A stretch of DNA of 64,000 nucleotides from positions 122,450,001-122,514,000 of the forward strand of contig NC_042997.1 in assembly GCF_006345805.1 (NCBI RefSeq). The letters are read 5' to 3'. A model generated the notes under the pieces. It did not search any database, was not told where the DNA came from, and saw nothing but the letters and a program-made list of their open reading frames with translations. The DNA is from Octopus sinensis (lineage: Eukaryota). Of this stretch, positions 40,055 through 52,616 are shown piece after piece. Every line of letters starts with the position of its first letter. Positions within the stretch are counted from its first letter, which is position 1. The position numbers and the translations under genes were made by a program.

Positions 40055-40480
40055 AAGATTGACCATTATGTAAACCTCCTCGAAGAATGTGAAGACGCAG
40101 GCTCGAAAGCGGAGCATTTTCCAATCGAAGACGGATGTAGAGGGTTTGTGGGACACAGTGTGGGATGACTATTATTATTGTTGGGCGCAACTAATCGTAA
40201 GGTGATCCAAATTACAATGGCGAAGGTTAGCCAATGGACTTGCTTAAAAAGAGATGATCAGAGATGGGTTGAGAAATATTGAGCAATAATTAATAAGCAC
40301 TTGATCTAGCAAGCGGGGCATCATATCAGTGAGGTGGGCCGGTGCGATTTGATGCCGTCGAGAAGTAGGCCCCGAAAGAGCGCGCATTCTCTCCTGATGA
40401 CCACAAGAACTTGCTGGATTCCGGTGTGCGGAGATCTCGACTGGTAGCATTTGCATGAGCAAATTGTTTGCAACACACAC
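40055..40480 (+). mobile_element. Decayed 3' end of an RLE (restriction-like endonuclease) non-LTR retrotransposon, HERO-like
   Basis: The unlisted frame 40055-40282 translates KIDHYVNLLEECEDAGSKAEHFPIEDGCRGFVGHSVG*LLLLLG...SQWTCLKRDDQRW. This fits the P.EVGCRGF.G.S...LG...S.W.W.KR C-terminus I recall for R2-superfamily HERO elements. The remainder is putative 3'UTR. Confidence 0.7.
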
Positions 40481-40484
40481 ATAC

Positions 40485-41190
40485 AGATAGATATATACAT
40501 GCACACACACATATATATATATACATACACACACCCATATAGATATATACATACACACACACATAGATATATACATACACACACATATAGATATATACAT
40601 ACACACACATATAGATATATACATACATACACATATATACATACATACACACACATATATACATACGTACACACACATATATACATACATATATATATAC
40701 ATATACAAACACACATATAGATATATACATACACACATATATACATACACACATATATATATACATACACACATATATATGTACATACACATATATATAT
40801 ACACATAGATATATATATATACACATATATATATATATATATACATACATACACATATATATACATACATACACATATATATATATATATACACATACAC
40901 ACACACATATATATATATACGTGCACACAAATATAAATATATATACATACACACACATATATATATGCACACATATACATATGCACACATATACATATAT
41001 ATACATACACACATATTCATACACACATATTCATACACACATATATATATATATACACACATATACATACACACATATATATACACACACATATTTATAT
41101 ATATATATATATACACACACATATATATACATACAAACACAAAATTTGATATATACACACACGCACAACACACACACATATATATATATA
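40485..41190. repeat. Compound (TA/CA)n microsatellite
   Basis: Read directly. Confidence 0.95.
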
Positions 41191-42042
41191 TATTATTTAT
41201 TTATATATGCAGTAAAAGCAGAAACTATAAACAATATATAAACGAATAATCTTTCTTCATTAAGTTATAAGAGAATATTTTGTAGGTGCAAAATATCTAT
41301 TCCTATATGTCTATGTAAAACGTGTATATACATGTTTTCATGTTCATGCGTATGAGTGGGCATGCGTATGTTTGTGGCAAATATCGTAATATATTGGCGA
41401 AATTAGAGAGGTGGGCAAATCAATATGTTGCATTGACAGACTTTACAAGTCTGTCAATTCTTAAATATTATAGATTCTTTGGTGAATAATCCCTCACAGT
41501 GTAAAACTTCAAAGCGAAGATAGGCAGACCTCTATAGACACCAAGATCTGTTTATAGCAGAAAATCAATATTCAATCAATAATAATAGATATTATATTTT
41601 AGTTAAATATTGCGTTATTGGTAGAATAAATATTTCGTCTATAAACTTTGAACAAACGATAGATAGCCTAACATAATGTTATCATCGCATGAAACCTTAA
41701 AAATATAATGAATGTAGACGAGAAAAATAGGAAAGACACACTCATATATTCTTTCATACATTATATATATATATGGGGGGGGGGAGAGAGGGAGAAAACA
41801 ACAAAAACAGAATTATATTTGCATATATAATGTTATATAATAGATTATATAATTATATACGTGTATAAGACAGGCATTAATAGTTTTATGTGCTAAGATG
41901 AATCGGATATGCACAAACAATACAAGGTGAGTTGAAAAAAGCACTTTTCTCCTTGAAAATTTGACCTGGTACGCTCACCTATTTACCATTCTCATACATG
42001 TTTGTGCGTGTGTCTGTTTGTCTGTATGTATGTATATTATAT

Positions 42043-42089
<47 letters not shown>

Positions 42090-42339
42090 CATTACATATA
42101 CATATATATACATATATATATATATATAGTGTCTATGTCTGTATATAAATATATATATATAATATGTCTATGTATATAAACTATATATATAATTATATAT
42201 ATATGTCTATGTATATACATATATATTGTGTCTATGTCTGTATATAAAAATATATATATATATTTATATATATATGTCTATGTATATATATATATATGTC
42301 TATGTATATATAAAGGGAAGCTTTATGAAAAAATAAACA

Positions 42340-44096
42340 AAACGAAGGCAGGTGGAGGTGGAAGACAAACGACAATTGTATTAGTATGGCGCTCAGGAAA
42401 TATAAAAAAACAAGTCTTAACGTTTCGAGCCTACGCTCTTCAACAGAAAGATACACAGAGAGAGAAAAACACAGAAAGAAGGAGAGAAAAAAAAATGCGT
42501 GCAGTAGCTAACGAATCAACATGGCGATCTGATTTCGGCCAGAGGTCAAAGATCAAACATGAGACGCGAGAGCGAAATAAGGGGAGATAATAGGGTTGAT
42601 AAAAGGGTTGAGTGACCAGCTAAAAGTGCGTGGGAGGGGTCTGGATGTGTGTATGTATAGGGTTGGTGATGTATTAGTATGTATACGGGTGGTGTGTGTG
42701 TGTGTGTGTGTGTGTGTGGTGTGTATGAGAGAGTATTAGTGCGTAAGATTGGTCTGGACGTGCGTATGTATGGGGTTGGTGTATGTATTAGTATGTATTA
42801 GTATGTATTAGTACGTATTGGTATGTATAGGTGTGTTGTGTGTGTGTGTGAGAGAGTATAAGGGCGTATGCGGGGTCTGGACGTGTGTATGTATAGGGTT
42901 GGTGTAAGTATTAGTATGTACTAGTATGTATTAGTACGTATTAGTATGTATTAGTTGGTGTTGTGTGTGTATTAGTATGGCACATCATATGTGATGTGAT
43001 GTGTTAAAGTCATGTGGTGTAGTGAGGAGGAGAGAGGGGGAGGGGAGGGGAGAAGAGGGGGGGAGAGAAGGGGAGGGGAGGGGAAGAGAGGGGGAGGAGA
43101 GGGGGAAGGAAGAGAGACGATGGGGGAGAAGGAAGGTGGGGAGGGGATGAGGAGAAAGAGGGAGAGGGGGAGAGAGAGAAGGGGAGAGAGGAGTGAGGGA
43201 GCAGAGGGAAGGGGAAGAGGGAGGGAGAAAGAGGGAAGAAGGGAAGGGGAGTAGGGGTGAAAGGATGATGGACTGAAGAAGTAGGGGTCGGGGGGAGAAA
43301 GGATAGGTGAGGAGGGGGGGAGAGGGGGTTAGATGAGGAGGGGGGGAGAGTTGAGACCAAATGGCGTATAAGAGCGAAGAGAGAAGATAAATTCCTGTCA
43401 CGGCGCAAAGGGAATCCGGATGGCCTCTGTGTAAGGACAACCGAACACAGATAGGTGTTGCAAGGAGTGACCGGTGGAGCGGAAATGGCGTGAGACGGGT
43501 GTGTCGTTCGCAAGGTGGATGTCACGAAGGTGTTCCGCGAACCGGTTAGCCAAGCGGCGTCCCGTTTGTCCGATGTACAAGGAATTGCAGAGAGAGCAAG
43601 AGATGCAATAGATAATATTGCTGGAGGTGCAGGTGAAGGAGTGGATGATGGGATAGGGTCGATGGTGGGTGCTAGTGAGGCGGGTGGTGTTGGAGAGGTA
43701 AGGGCAAGTGCGGCAACGTGGGCGGGAGCAGGGGAACGAGCCGGGTTGGGAGGTAGGGTCAGGGAAGGAGCTATGGACCAAAAGGTCTCGAAGGTTGTGG
43801 GCTCGTTTGAAAGAGGGGAGGGGTCGGTTAGGGAAGAGGTGTGAAGTGGACGGGTCGGACTGGAGATGACGGAAAGCTCGAAGAATGGTGCGTTGGAGAC
43901 GTAGGGTCGTGGGGTGGTAAGTGAGGGGAAAAGGGAGGCGGGAGACTACAGGGCGGGTTCGGGGAGAGAGAGCAGATACACGGTCCACGGACCGTGCTCT
44001 GGCAAGGGCGGTGTGGATAGTGGTGAGGGGGTATCCACGTAGGGTGAAGTGGTGAGCCATACGTTGAGACTGAGTCTCAAAGTCATGGTCGTCGTC

Positions 44097-44098
<2 letters not shown>
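42340..44098 (-). mobile_element. 5'-truncated Penelope-like element (copy 2) with GIY-YIG endonuclease
   Basis: [22 protein letters not shown]...CSRPRCRTC...IYCISC..CNSLYIGQTGRRLANRFAEH...VSRHFRSTGH, clearly homologous to the 26700 copy. Followed by a polypyrimidine tract, a minisatellite and an HHR. Shares TTTCCTGAGCGCC downstream of the HHR with copy 1. Confidence 0.93.
42414..42451 (-). ncRNA. Degenerate hammerhead motif (family 4)
   Basis: TCTTT-CTGTTGA-A-GAGC(GTAG)GCTC-GAAAC-GTT-AAGAC. A6 is replaced by T and the stem I register is imperfect. Confidence 0.6.
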
Positions 44099-44127
<29 letters not shown>

Positions 44128-44258
44128 GTCTATGTATATATATATATATATGTCTATGTATATATATATATATATGTCTATGTGTATATATATATATATG
44201 TCTATGTATATATATATATATATATGTCTATGTATATATACATGTATATATATATATG

Positions 44259-44289
<31 letters not shown>

Positions 44290-44354
44290 GGACTCCGTGT
44301 GGGCAGTTATCTAAAAGTTTTTGTTCGTCATGATGCTGACATAAGTTCCTTGTC

Positions 44355-44435
44355 TTTCCTGATGAGAAGGCGGCATAATGCACCCGTTATTCCTTCGGAA
44401 TTAGGAATATGCCGTCTTCTAAACATATGTCGAGA
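44355..44435 (+). ncRNA. Hammerhead motif (family 7) with long stem II, core variant
   Basis: TTTC-CTGATGA-GAAGGCGGCATA...TATGCCGTCTTC-TAAAC-ATAT-GTC-GAGA. Stem II 12 bp, palindromic stem III ACATATGT, G12 replaced by T. Confidence 0.7.
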
Positions 44436-44864
44436 ATAAAGGAATTTTGTTAAATCGTCGTTCGACTCCATTCTTTTATTTATATATATATAGTACGTTT
44501 AAATATTTGTTGTGCAAGATTTTTTATGTGAAGTCGTGTGTTGAAACAGATATTGTTATATTTCGGAATGGTCATATTGCCAATTTAGCCAATAAAAACA
44601 CACGCACTATATATTTGGTGTTATTTTGCTTCAGTGTTATTTATTTTTTACATTAATCTTAATCTTATTTCGGCCAAAGTTCTTTGGTCACACTCCTGTG
44701 ACTGCATCAGTGGTCCTTTTTTTCTTCTTTCTTATTTGTGTCTCTCCTTACTAACCGTCAGTCATTTTGTATTTCTATTGTATGTCTTCATTTGTGTATG
44801 CTTATATCTCTATGTTCGTCTATGTTTATTTAGTGTGTGTATGTGGGGGGATGCCTGTAATATT

Positions 44865-46130
44865 CTTTCCCTTGGTAGGATTGTAGTCGCTGCTGTTTCT
44901 AGCTATTGATTCGTCATCAATTCGTTTGCCATGAAATTCCTCAGCAAGTCTTAATTTCCCTCAAAATTCCGAAATATCGTCTTTCATTTCATAGTAATTT
45001 GAACGTTGTGGACTTGCAGTAAATTTAAGTCCTTTGGAAATTATGCTTATTTCGTTAGGTGTAAGTTCTTTATTTGAGAGATTGATTATTTTAATTACCT
45101 GTGGTTTCTTTTGTTTGTCCGTTGCTGTCGTGTATCCCTGTTCCTGTGAGCTAGGTCTAAAAGACGGTTGAAGTTATGTTCAAAAGCACTTTATCCGTCT
45201 CCTGTTGTTATAATTTTTAGAGTGGGTTTGTGGTCCTCTGTTTTGTAATGTGTTTTTGTATCTCGTGTTCCGTCTTAGTGTATCAGGTATATTTTGTTGG
45301 TAGATGTTTCTTTCGTAGTGCGTTTTTTGTTTGTTAAGGTTGTACGGTTGGTTCCTAGAGGTTCGGTAGTTGAGTCTTAGTTGGGTTATGTATATTGTAG
45401 TTCATAGAATTGTGTGTTGCATCCCTATGGTTCTTGAAATGGTGTGAATGGTCCCTGTAATTGTTTTGGGATTGGTTTAGGTAGTGCGGGGTGCGTTTAA
45501 AATGACGTTTTCTGTATGGAGTGTATTTAGATTTCTTGGTGGTTGTTTCGTTCTGTTAGTATTTGGTTTTGTTTTTCTGAATTTTATGAAGGGGTTGTTG
45601 GACATGTGTTCATTTTTGAAGTTGGTTTCATAATCGAAGAACGTGTTGGCGCTCTTTTCTCATCGCTGGAGGGACTTTAGTTCCCCTGTTTCACATTCTT
45701 CTTTCCATAGTTTAAGTAATGTTTTAGTATTAATGCCGTCTGTTAGTTTGTTGATTTCTTCATCTATGGTTTTTACTGTTTCTTCATTCGTCTTAGCTCT
45801 CAGTTTTAGTAGTTCGATTTCCATCTTCATTTTTTTCTCTAAGTCTTCTTTGTTCTTCTGGTTCTTCCAGGATGGGTTTTATTTGTAATTTGCGGGGTAT
45901 GATTAGGGGTGTTGAGTTAAGACACTTTTGGTAAATCTCTGCTTTATTCTGATTTTGTATCTTTTTCCAAAATGAGAATTTTCTGTTTCGCTGCAGCTTT
46001 CTCGAGTCTTCTTTTTTATTACACTTAACTTTTAAAAATATTTTTGATGAGGTTCATTTTTTCAAGAAGAACTGAAACATGTAAGATTTCTAAGAAAATT
46101 AAAATTTATGTTATATTGTGGCCTTTTCAA
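44865..46130 (-). mobile_element. Penelope-like element N-terminal fragment (copy 3, different family)
   Basis: KIINLSNKELTPNEISIISKGLKFTASPQ...DISEF*GKLRLAEEF, the INLS..L...E...L.KGL.F motif found upstream of PLE RT. It is preceded by a Lys/Glu-rich helical segment (EDLEKKMKMEIELLKLRAK...). Confidence 0.75.
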
Positions 46131-46145
46131 ACTTCTTTTTTATAA

Positions 46146-46189
<44 letters not shown>

Positions 46190-46584
46190 CTATACACACA
46201 CATACATACACACACGTGTAGATATGTAAATGTATATATGAACTTCTAATTAGATATATAGGCGTTTATATTTATATATCATATGCATGTTACATGTGCG
46301 TCTGCACGTGTGTTTATCGATATATCCATTCATAGATTTGGGACTTGGCCTGTTTGTATATATGAATATGAATGCTGTTTGTGTGCGATCAAATCGGTTA
46401 GCTGCAAGCGGGATGGGCTGAAAACTGATCAGCTGTTAAGCAAGCTTAAAAAAAAACGTCACATGGATGTAAGCGGGTATTTATTCGTGAACGATATAGT
46501 ACAATGTGCGAATGGTTTTATGGGACAGTTAATTGTCCAAAACAAAAATGTTTTTAATTTATTCCTATCACTGGTTGACGTTGA

Positions 46585-46862
46585 CCAAAGTCTTGTGAGT
46601 GGATTTGGTAGACAGAAACTGAAAGAAGCCTGTCGCATATATGTATATATGTGTGTGTGTATGTGTGTGTTTGTCCCCCCCCCAACATCGCTTGACAACC
46701 GATGCTGATGTGTTTACATCCCCGTAACTTAGCGGTTCGGCAAAACAGACCGATAGAATAAGTACTAGGCTTACAAAGAATAAGTCCTGAGGTCGATTTG
46801 CTCGACTAAAGGCGGTGCTCCAGCATGGCCACAGTCAAATGACTGACATAATTAAGAGTAAG
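46585..46862 (+). mobile_element. SINE family A, 5'-truncated
   Basis: GACCAAAGTCTTGTGAGTGGATTTGGTAGAC through to the GGCGGTGCTCCAGCATGGCCACAGTCAAATGACTG tail. Confidence 0.9.
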
Positions 46863-46950
46863 AGAGAGAGAGTGTGTAGAGAGAGTATACAAGAGCTGTG
46901 GTACTCAAGGATATTCGATACAAGTATGTGCTCAGAAATAGTCAATACAC

Positions 46951-48200
46951 ATGGCTTGGCTTCGCGAACGTAGATTAGGGAGGTTTTCCACGTCGCCTGC
47001 AGGCATGCTCATGACTGACAAGTCCGATGCGGGAAAGACAGGTCCATGGGCAGTGTCCACAGACGAAGGTAATATCCGGTGCTATGTCAGAGGCGGCTCG
47101 AAGCTTCTTTCTGCATCTCTTGTCTTCATGCGCGTCTCTTCTGTGTAATTCAAATTCGTTGACCGCGTTGAAGATCGTGTGGCGCCAAGCACCACGGTCC
47201 GCAGCCAGGTCTGTCCACCATTGGTGGTCAACATAAACATGCGGTGAGAGACTTTTTGAGGCAGGCGTTGTAGCGTTTCCTCGGGGCTCCTCTCTCACAG
47301 TGGCCGGTGGAGATTTCGCCAAACAGGGCAATCTTAGGAAGGCGATGTTTCTCCATTCTCGAGACATGCCCTGCCGATCGGATGTGGTACTTCAGTAGCA
47401 AAGCTTCAATGCTCGGGATCTCGATCTACTCCAAAACAAGTTTGTGACGAAGTCACTCCATTGAATGTTGAGGGTGGTGCGGAGACATCGTTGGTGGAAG
47501 CATTAGAGGAGAAGGATGTGACTGCGTCAGGTGACCCAGGTCTCCGAGCCATAGAGGAGCGTGGTAAGAACCACGGCCCCGTAGACGCTGATCCTTGACT
47601 TGTTCTTCAGGTTATTATTGTGCCAAAAATGTTTGTACAATCTGCCAAAGGAACTAGTTGCTTTAGAGAGTTTATTTTTAATTCCCTTGTCGATCTTTGC
47701 ATAGGATGAGAAGATGCAGCCCAGGTATGTGAACTGCATGTTGATTTCAGTTCGGCCCCGCAGATAGTGAGGTGGGGTGGGCGGTATACCTCTTGGGGTG
47801 CAGGCTGGTGAAATACCTCCGTCTTTTGAGGCTGATCTCCTGGCCAAAGAGCCGCGAGATGTCCACAAAGCAGGACGTGATGTGCTGCAGAGCTCGCTCT
47901 GTGTGGGCGACGAGAGTAGCGTCGTCTGCGAAGAGCATGTCTCGGATCAGCCTCTCCTGGGTCTTGGTGTGGGTTTGGAGTCGCCATAGAGCGAAGAGGC
48001 TTCCAACCAGACGGTACATGACATGCACCCTATCCTCATCCTCCAGATCTTCAGTTGCATGCGTGAGCATCATGCTGACGTAGATGCTGAAGAGAGTCGG
48101 TGCCAGGACACAACCCTCCTTCGCGCCTTTGCTGATGGGGAATGGCTCCAACGAGTCACCAGTGAGTCTGATCTGGCCACGCTGGTTCAATTTTCTTCAA
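46951..48200 (-). mobile_element. 5'-truncated RTE-clade LINE
   Basis: GAKEGCVLAPTLFSI, DMLFADD, FTYLG, LLYGSETW, LAADRGAWR and a C-terminal CGHC...SHEHAC Zn knuckle. Frameshifts and stops. 3' end GCGAAGCCAAGCCA. Confidence 0.92.
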
Positions 48201-48239
48201 GTGAATTAATAGGTCTAATATATATGCTTTCCAGAGCAA

Positions 48240-48600
48240 ATGGAGGAAATACGTAGTGCGCATGACTCTGGACTCACCGAACATAATTTTGTGAACTAGC
48301 TGTTAACTCTGTCACATGGTGGACCAAACAAGAGATACAAAGGTACGCCCAAAACAATCTTGGAAAAGTGTAATGTAGAGCAGACTGCTTTAGAGAATCT
48401 TGTTTATGAGTGCTCAGTGAGATGCTTTGAATATGCTATGAGCATAAATGCTAAATGGGGGCTGTATCGAAATACGTATCTCAACAGGTTATGATTTTGC
48501 TTTTAGGTATAACTGTGAATGTCATGCTAAAATTGGCCCTTGTCACCCACATCAGGACCCATAAAGTGTGAAGCTGATAACCTAGTCCTCTTCAAATGCA
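48240..48600 (+). mobile_element. Older decayed RTE 3' fragment
   Basis: Remnants of VVRM...PNIIL, PNKRYKG.PK and C.AKIG(L)VTHIRTH across frameshifts. Confidence 0.6.
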
Positions 48601-51013
48601 AGAAGAACAAATATAATCTATGTACATGATCTAATCAGTATAGGCCTCGATGTTAAAACAATACGAAATGGTTGGGTATCTGGATGCTAATCAAGTCCTT
48701 TTGTTGACTGAATATTTTAAAGCGAATGAACATCTTAGGATGCGAAGGTAAGATGCGTTGAAAGAACGATCTTGTATGAAATAGTTACTAAATCTTACTG
48801 CTGTAAAGCAGTAAGTTGAGGACACCTTATGCTGCGGCTGTTTTAAAGACCAGTTGAGAATACGATCCCAGCGGTTTTGTCAGTTTCAAACTGTATAGCA
48901 ATATCTTAGTTATGGTGGAGACATAGGCAATAAATAATTTCAAGCGATGAAATCATCTCAGATAATATTTCTTAATACGTCTGGTTAACTTCCAACAATT
49001 CTCAGATTGTGCTCACATGGCATAACGAAATAATACATAAGGGGATGAGAGAAAAACCAGAAAAGTTAAGAAGGAAGTAGATGTAAAATGTGGAAGTCTG
49101 AAAAACCTGCTCCGCATTCGATTTCATGTTTTCTTTTCCATCATACGGTTTTTCAACCTTTCACATTCTACTCGCTTTTACTCGTATTTTTTCTCTCATT
49201 CTATCGTCCTGTTTTAGATTGTTATGCCATATGGTTAAAGTCTGAGGATTCCATAAATGCACTGGATGTGTTAAAAGTTATGTGTGATGATTCCATCGCA
49301 TGAAACTATTAATAACTCGTAAAAATATATATTGTGTTTATCATATCTCTCTCTCTCACACACACGTGCGTGTCTTCGATTCTGCGTGCGTTTGTATGTA
49401 ATGCTGTTTGTGAGTGTGCGTGCCTGTCGTGCGTGCGCCTCTGTGTGTCATTTTCTGTGACAGCTACCACATGTTTATATCGCAGGTAAATAGGACTTTG
49501 TCAAGTTGAACATTTCGTTGATAGCATGTACTCAACAGCGGACGTTTGCAGGTGTCTCATCAACCAAACAATTGAACGAAACCATCTTTTCTCTTACATT
49601 ATTCCTGATTCATATAAATGCAGATATACATACACGAATATACACGCACACGCATAGATGCACAGTCACAGCTTTACACGCATGAGAACATATATATATT
49701 CAGATATCCGCAAAATAATGCATTCATAACTGATTTGTCTCACAACAAACGCGTGCATACATACACACAATTAACTTCACACAAACACATGTATATATAC
49801 TGATAAACGTAAAAAGAAATATTCACACTCGCTTTCTCGACGAGCATATGCACACAGAGACATGTTTAAATATCCATGTATATACACACAAATGTGTACA
49901 GGCATGCATACATGTAAATTGTTACAACGCACGCTTGTCTTACCGTTTCATGTTAATATGACGGATGTTTAACTTCGATGTTTTCACACTGATGTTCATA
50001 TAGCACATTAATCACTATTGATTTTACAAGGTGACCCTTTTATTTGAAATATTGATCAAATATCCGAAAATTATGGCTCTCACTCAGTGCGTGCTTGCAG
50101 AAGTGAAATGTAAGTTTAACACATAAAATATTGTATGTAAATAAATACATACATAAACTTAAATGAAAATAAGTAAACCAGATTGATTCCTAAATAAAGT
50201 CATATTAATGTATGAATAGTTCTATCAAACGTTCATAAACAAAATTTCATAACATCTTGGGTAGTCTACAACACCATGCGTGTCTGAAAGAAGACCTGAT
50301 AACATTTACGCTAAAGAAAAGTGGCATAGCAGATGCGAACATTTCCAAATATTAAGAGTTCATATGAAATCAATTTTGTGGTGAAAAACAGTGTAAAAGT
50401 ATCAAAAACACAGACTGATAATGTTTTTACAGAAAGTCAAAACATGACCTAAATTTATGAAACAGAAAATATTTCGGAAATAACTGATAATATTCATGAA
50501 ACAACCAAAGCATACTATTATTGGTAAAACGTACGCCTATCCAGATGCATATGCATGGATGCACTTATGCATACATTTATGCACACACAATTTATGTATT
50601 AACACATATTGAGAGTTCATGTTTTACTTTTACATATATATACACCGTTATATATTTACAATGAGACAAACACTCGCAGATATACAAACACTCATATTCG
50701 CATAATTATTTATATGCACACATACACACATGTATAAAATTATGTTTTAAAATCATTTCTGAAAATATATATGCAATTCTAAACATGACAATGAATTCTT
50801 TAAAGAACGTGTAAAAAGAATATATAAAACAATTTTTTTTTTGTTTAATGTAAAGGAGATAATTTCATGAATATAGATAGAAAATAATATCAAATAATGA
50901 ATTTATATATTTTTTACGCTGTAAGGAAGCCATCTATATATTTTGTAAGAATTATTATTTGTTTGATCTATGCAAACTTTTATGCCACTACTTCAATAGC
51001 GATATAGAGGTCA

Positions 51014-51083
<70 letters not shown>

Positions 51084-51351
51084 GCGCACACACACACATA
51101 TTTGTGTATGTGTGTAAGTTTTAATATGATGAAATAGATATTGATCAGTTATAAGTGACTCTAGGCAATGTATAATGTAAAGAAATCAATATATTTGAGA
51201 TGTGTTGAAACAGAAAGGCACATTATCTACGTATAGTACGTAAATACACAATCATGTCTTCTGTATGTGAGTGTGTGCAGCGTTGTATTGTCATATATAT
51301 ATATATATATATATATATATCCATCTACCTACCTAACTACACACACAAATA

Positions 51352-51400
<49 letters not shown>

Positions 51401-51905
51401 ATATACATACACACAGTGTGTGTGTTTGTGACAATGTACTTCCTATCTTTTTCGAGGAAACAGCTTGACACAATTCGATAAAATATATGTAATTATTCGG
51501 CTTAAAGTTTGAACCTTCAACCTTACTGATGCAAATGGCTTGGTTCATTTTTAAGATGTTTGACAGGCCCTTTTCTCCACTGAGATCGTCACACAATGGT
51601 AGAGTTCTTAATTATCAGCATCTTATGTGTATGGGTTACTCAAACTTTTAACACCATCTTTAGTCGAGATCGATGCCCATAATGTCATCCTTGACAAACT
51701 GCTAAAATACTTTCCCACTCACACAATCTGTCTATCACTAACTTTCAGGAGTATCTTTTAAGAGGCTAGACTTTCGAGAAATGTTTTAAGGTCGAGTATC
51801 TGAAGAATTCAACGTACATGTGTATGCGACTTTTATGTGTAGGCATATTTCATAGCAATATTCCCCTGACTTATATGATGGTTTATAGATTCATCAGCAG
51901 TATAT

Positions 51906-52067
51906 AGGCGTATGAGTGGCTGTGTGGTAAGTAGCTTGCTTACCAACCACATGGTTCCGGGTTCAGTCCCACTGCGTGGCACCTTGGGTAAGTGTCTTCT
52001 ACTGTAGCCTCGGGCCGACCAACGATTTGTAAGTGGATTTCGTAGACTGAAACTGAAAGAAGCCCGT

Positions 52068-52116
<49 letters not shown>

Positions 52117-52337
52117 ACATATATATGTACATATATATATATATGTGTGTACATATATATGTACACACACACACACACATATATATGTGTGTGTGTACAT
52201 ATATATGTACATATATATATATATATTATATATATATATATACATGTATGTACATACATATATATATATATACATGTATGTACATATATATATATAAATA
52301 TATATATATGTACATATATATATATATACATGTATGT

Positions 52338-52415
<78 letters not shown>

Positions 52416-52616
52416 GTATGTATGTGTCTGTGTTTGTCTCCCAAAATCGCTTGACAACCGATGCTGGTGTGTTTAGGTCCCGTAACTTAGCGGCTCGGCA
52501 AAACAGACCGACAAAATAGGCTTACAAAGAATAAGCCACGGGGTCGATTTGCTCGACTAAAGGCAGTGCTCCAGCATGACCGCTGTCAAATGACTGAAAC
52601 AAGTAAAAGAGTAAAG
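51906..52616 (+). mobile_element. SINE family A, full length with expanded internal microsatellite
   Basis: Head, B box GGTTCAGTCCC and CORE-like segment, an internal TA/TG/CA repeat of about 360 bp (52070-52425), then the 3' tail and AAGAGT repeats. Confidence 0.92.

Noticed and set aside
40372-40415. Circularly permuted (type II) hammerhead: GAAA...CTGATGA
   Set aside because: There is no room for a stem I hairpin and the stem II strands do not pair; kept only as an unexplained motif.
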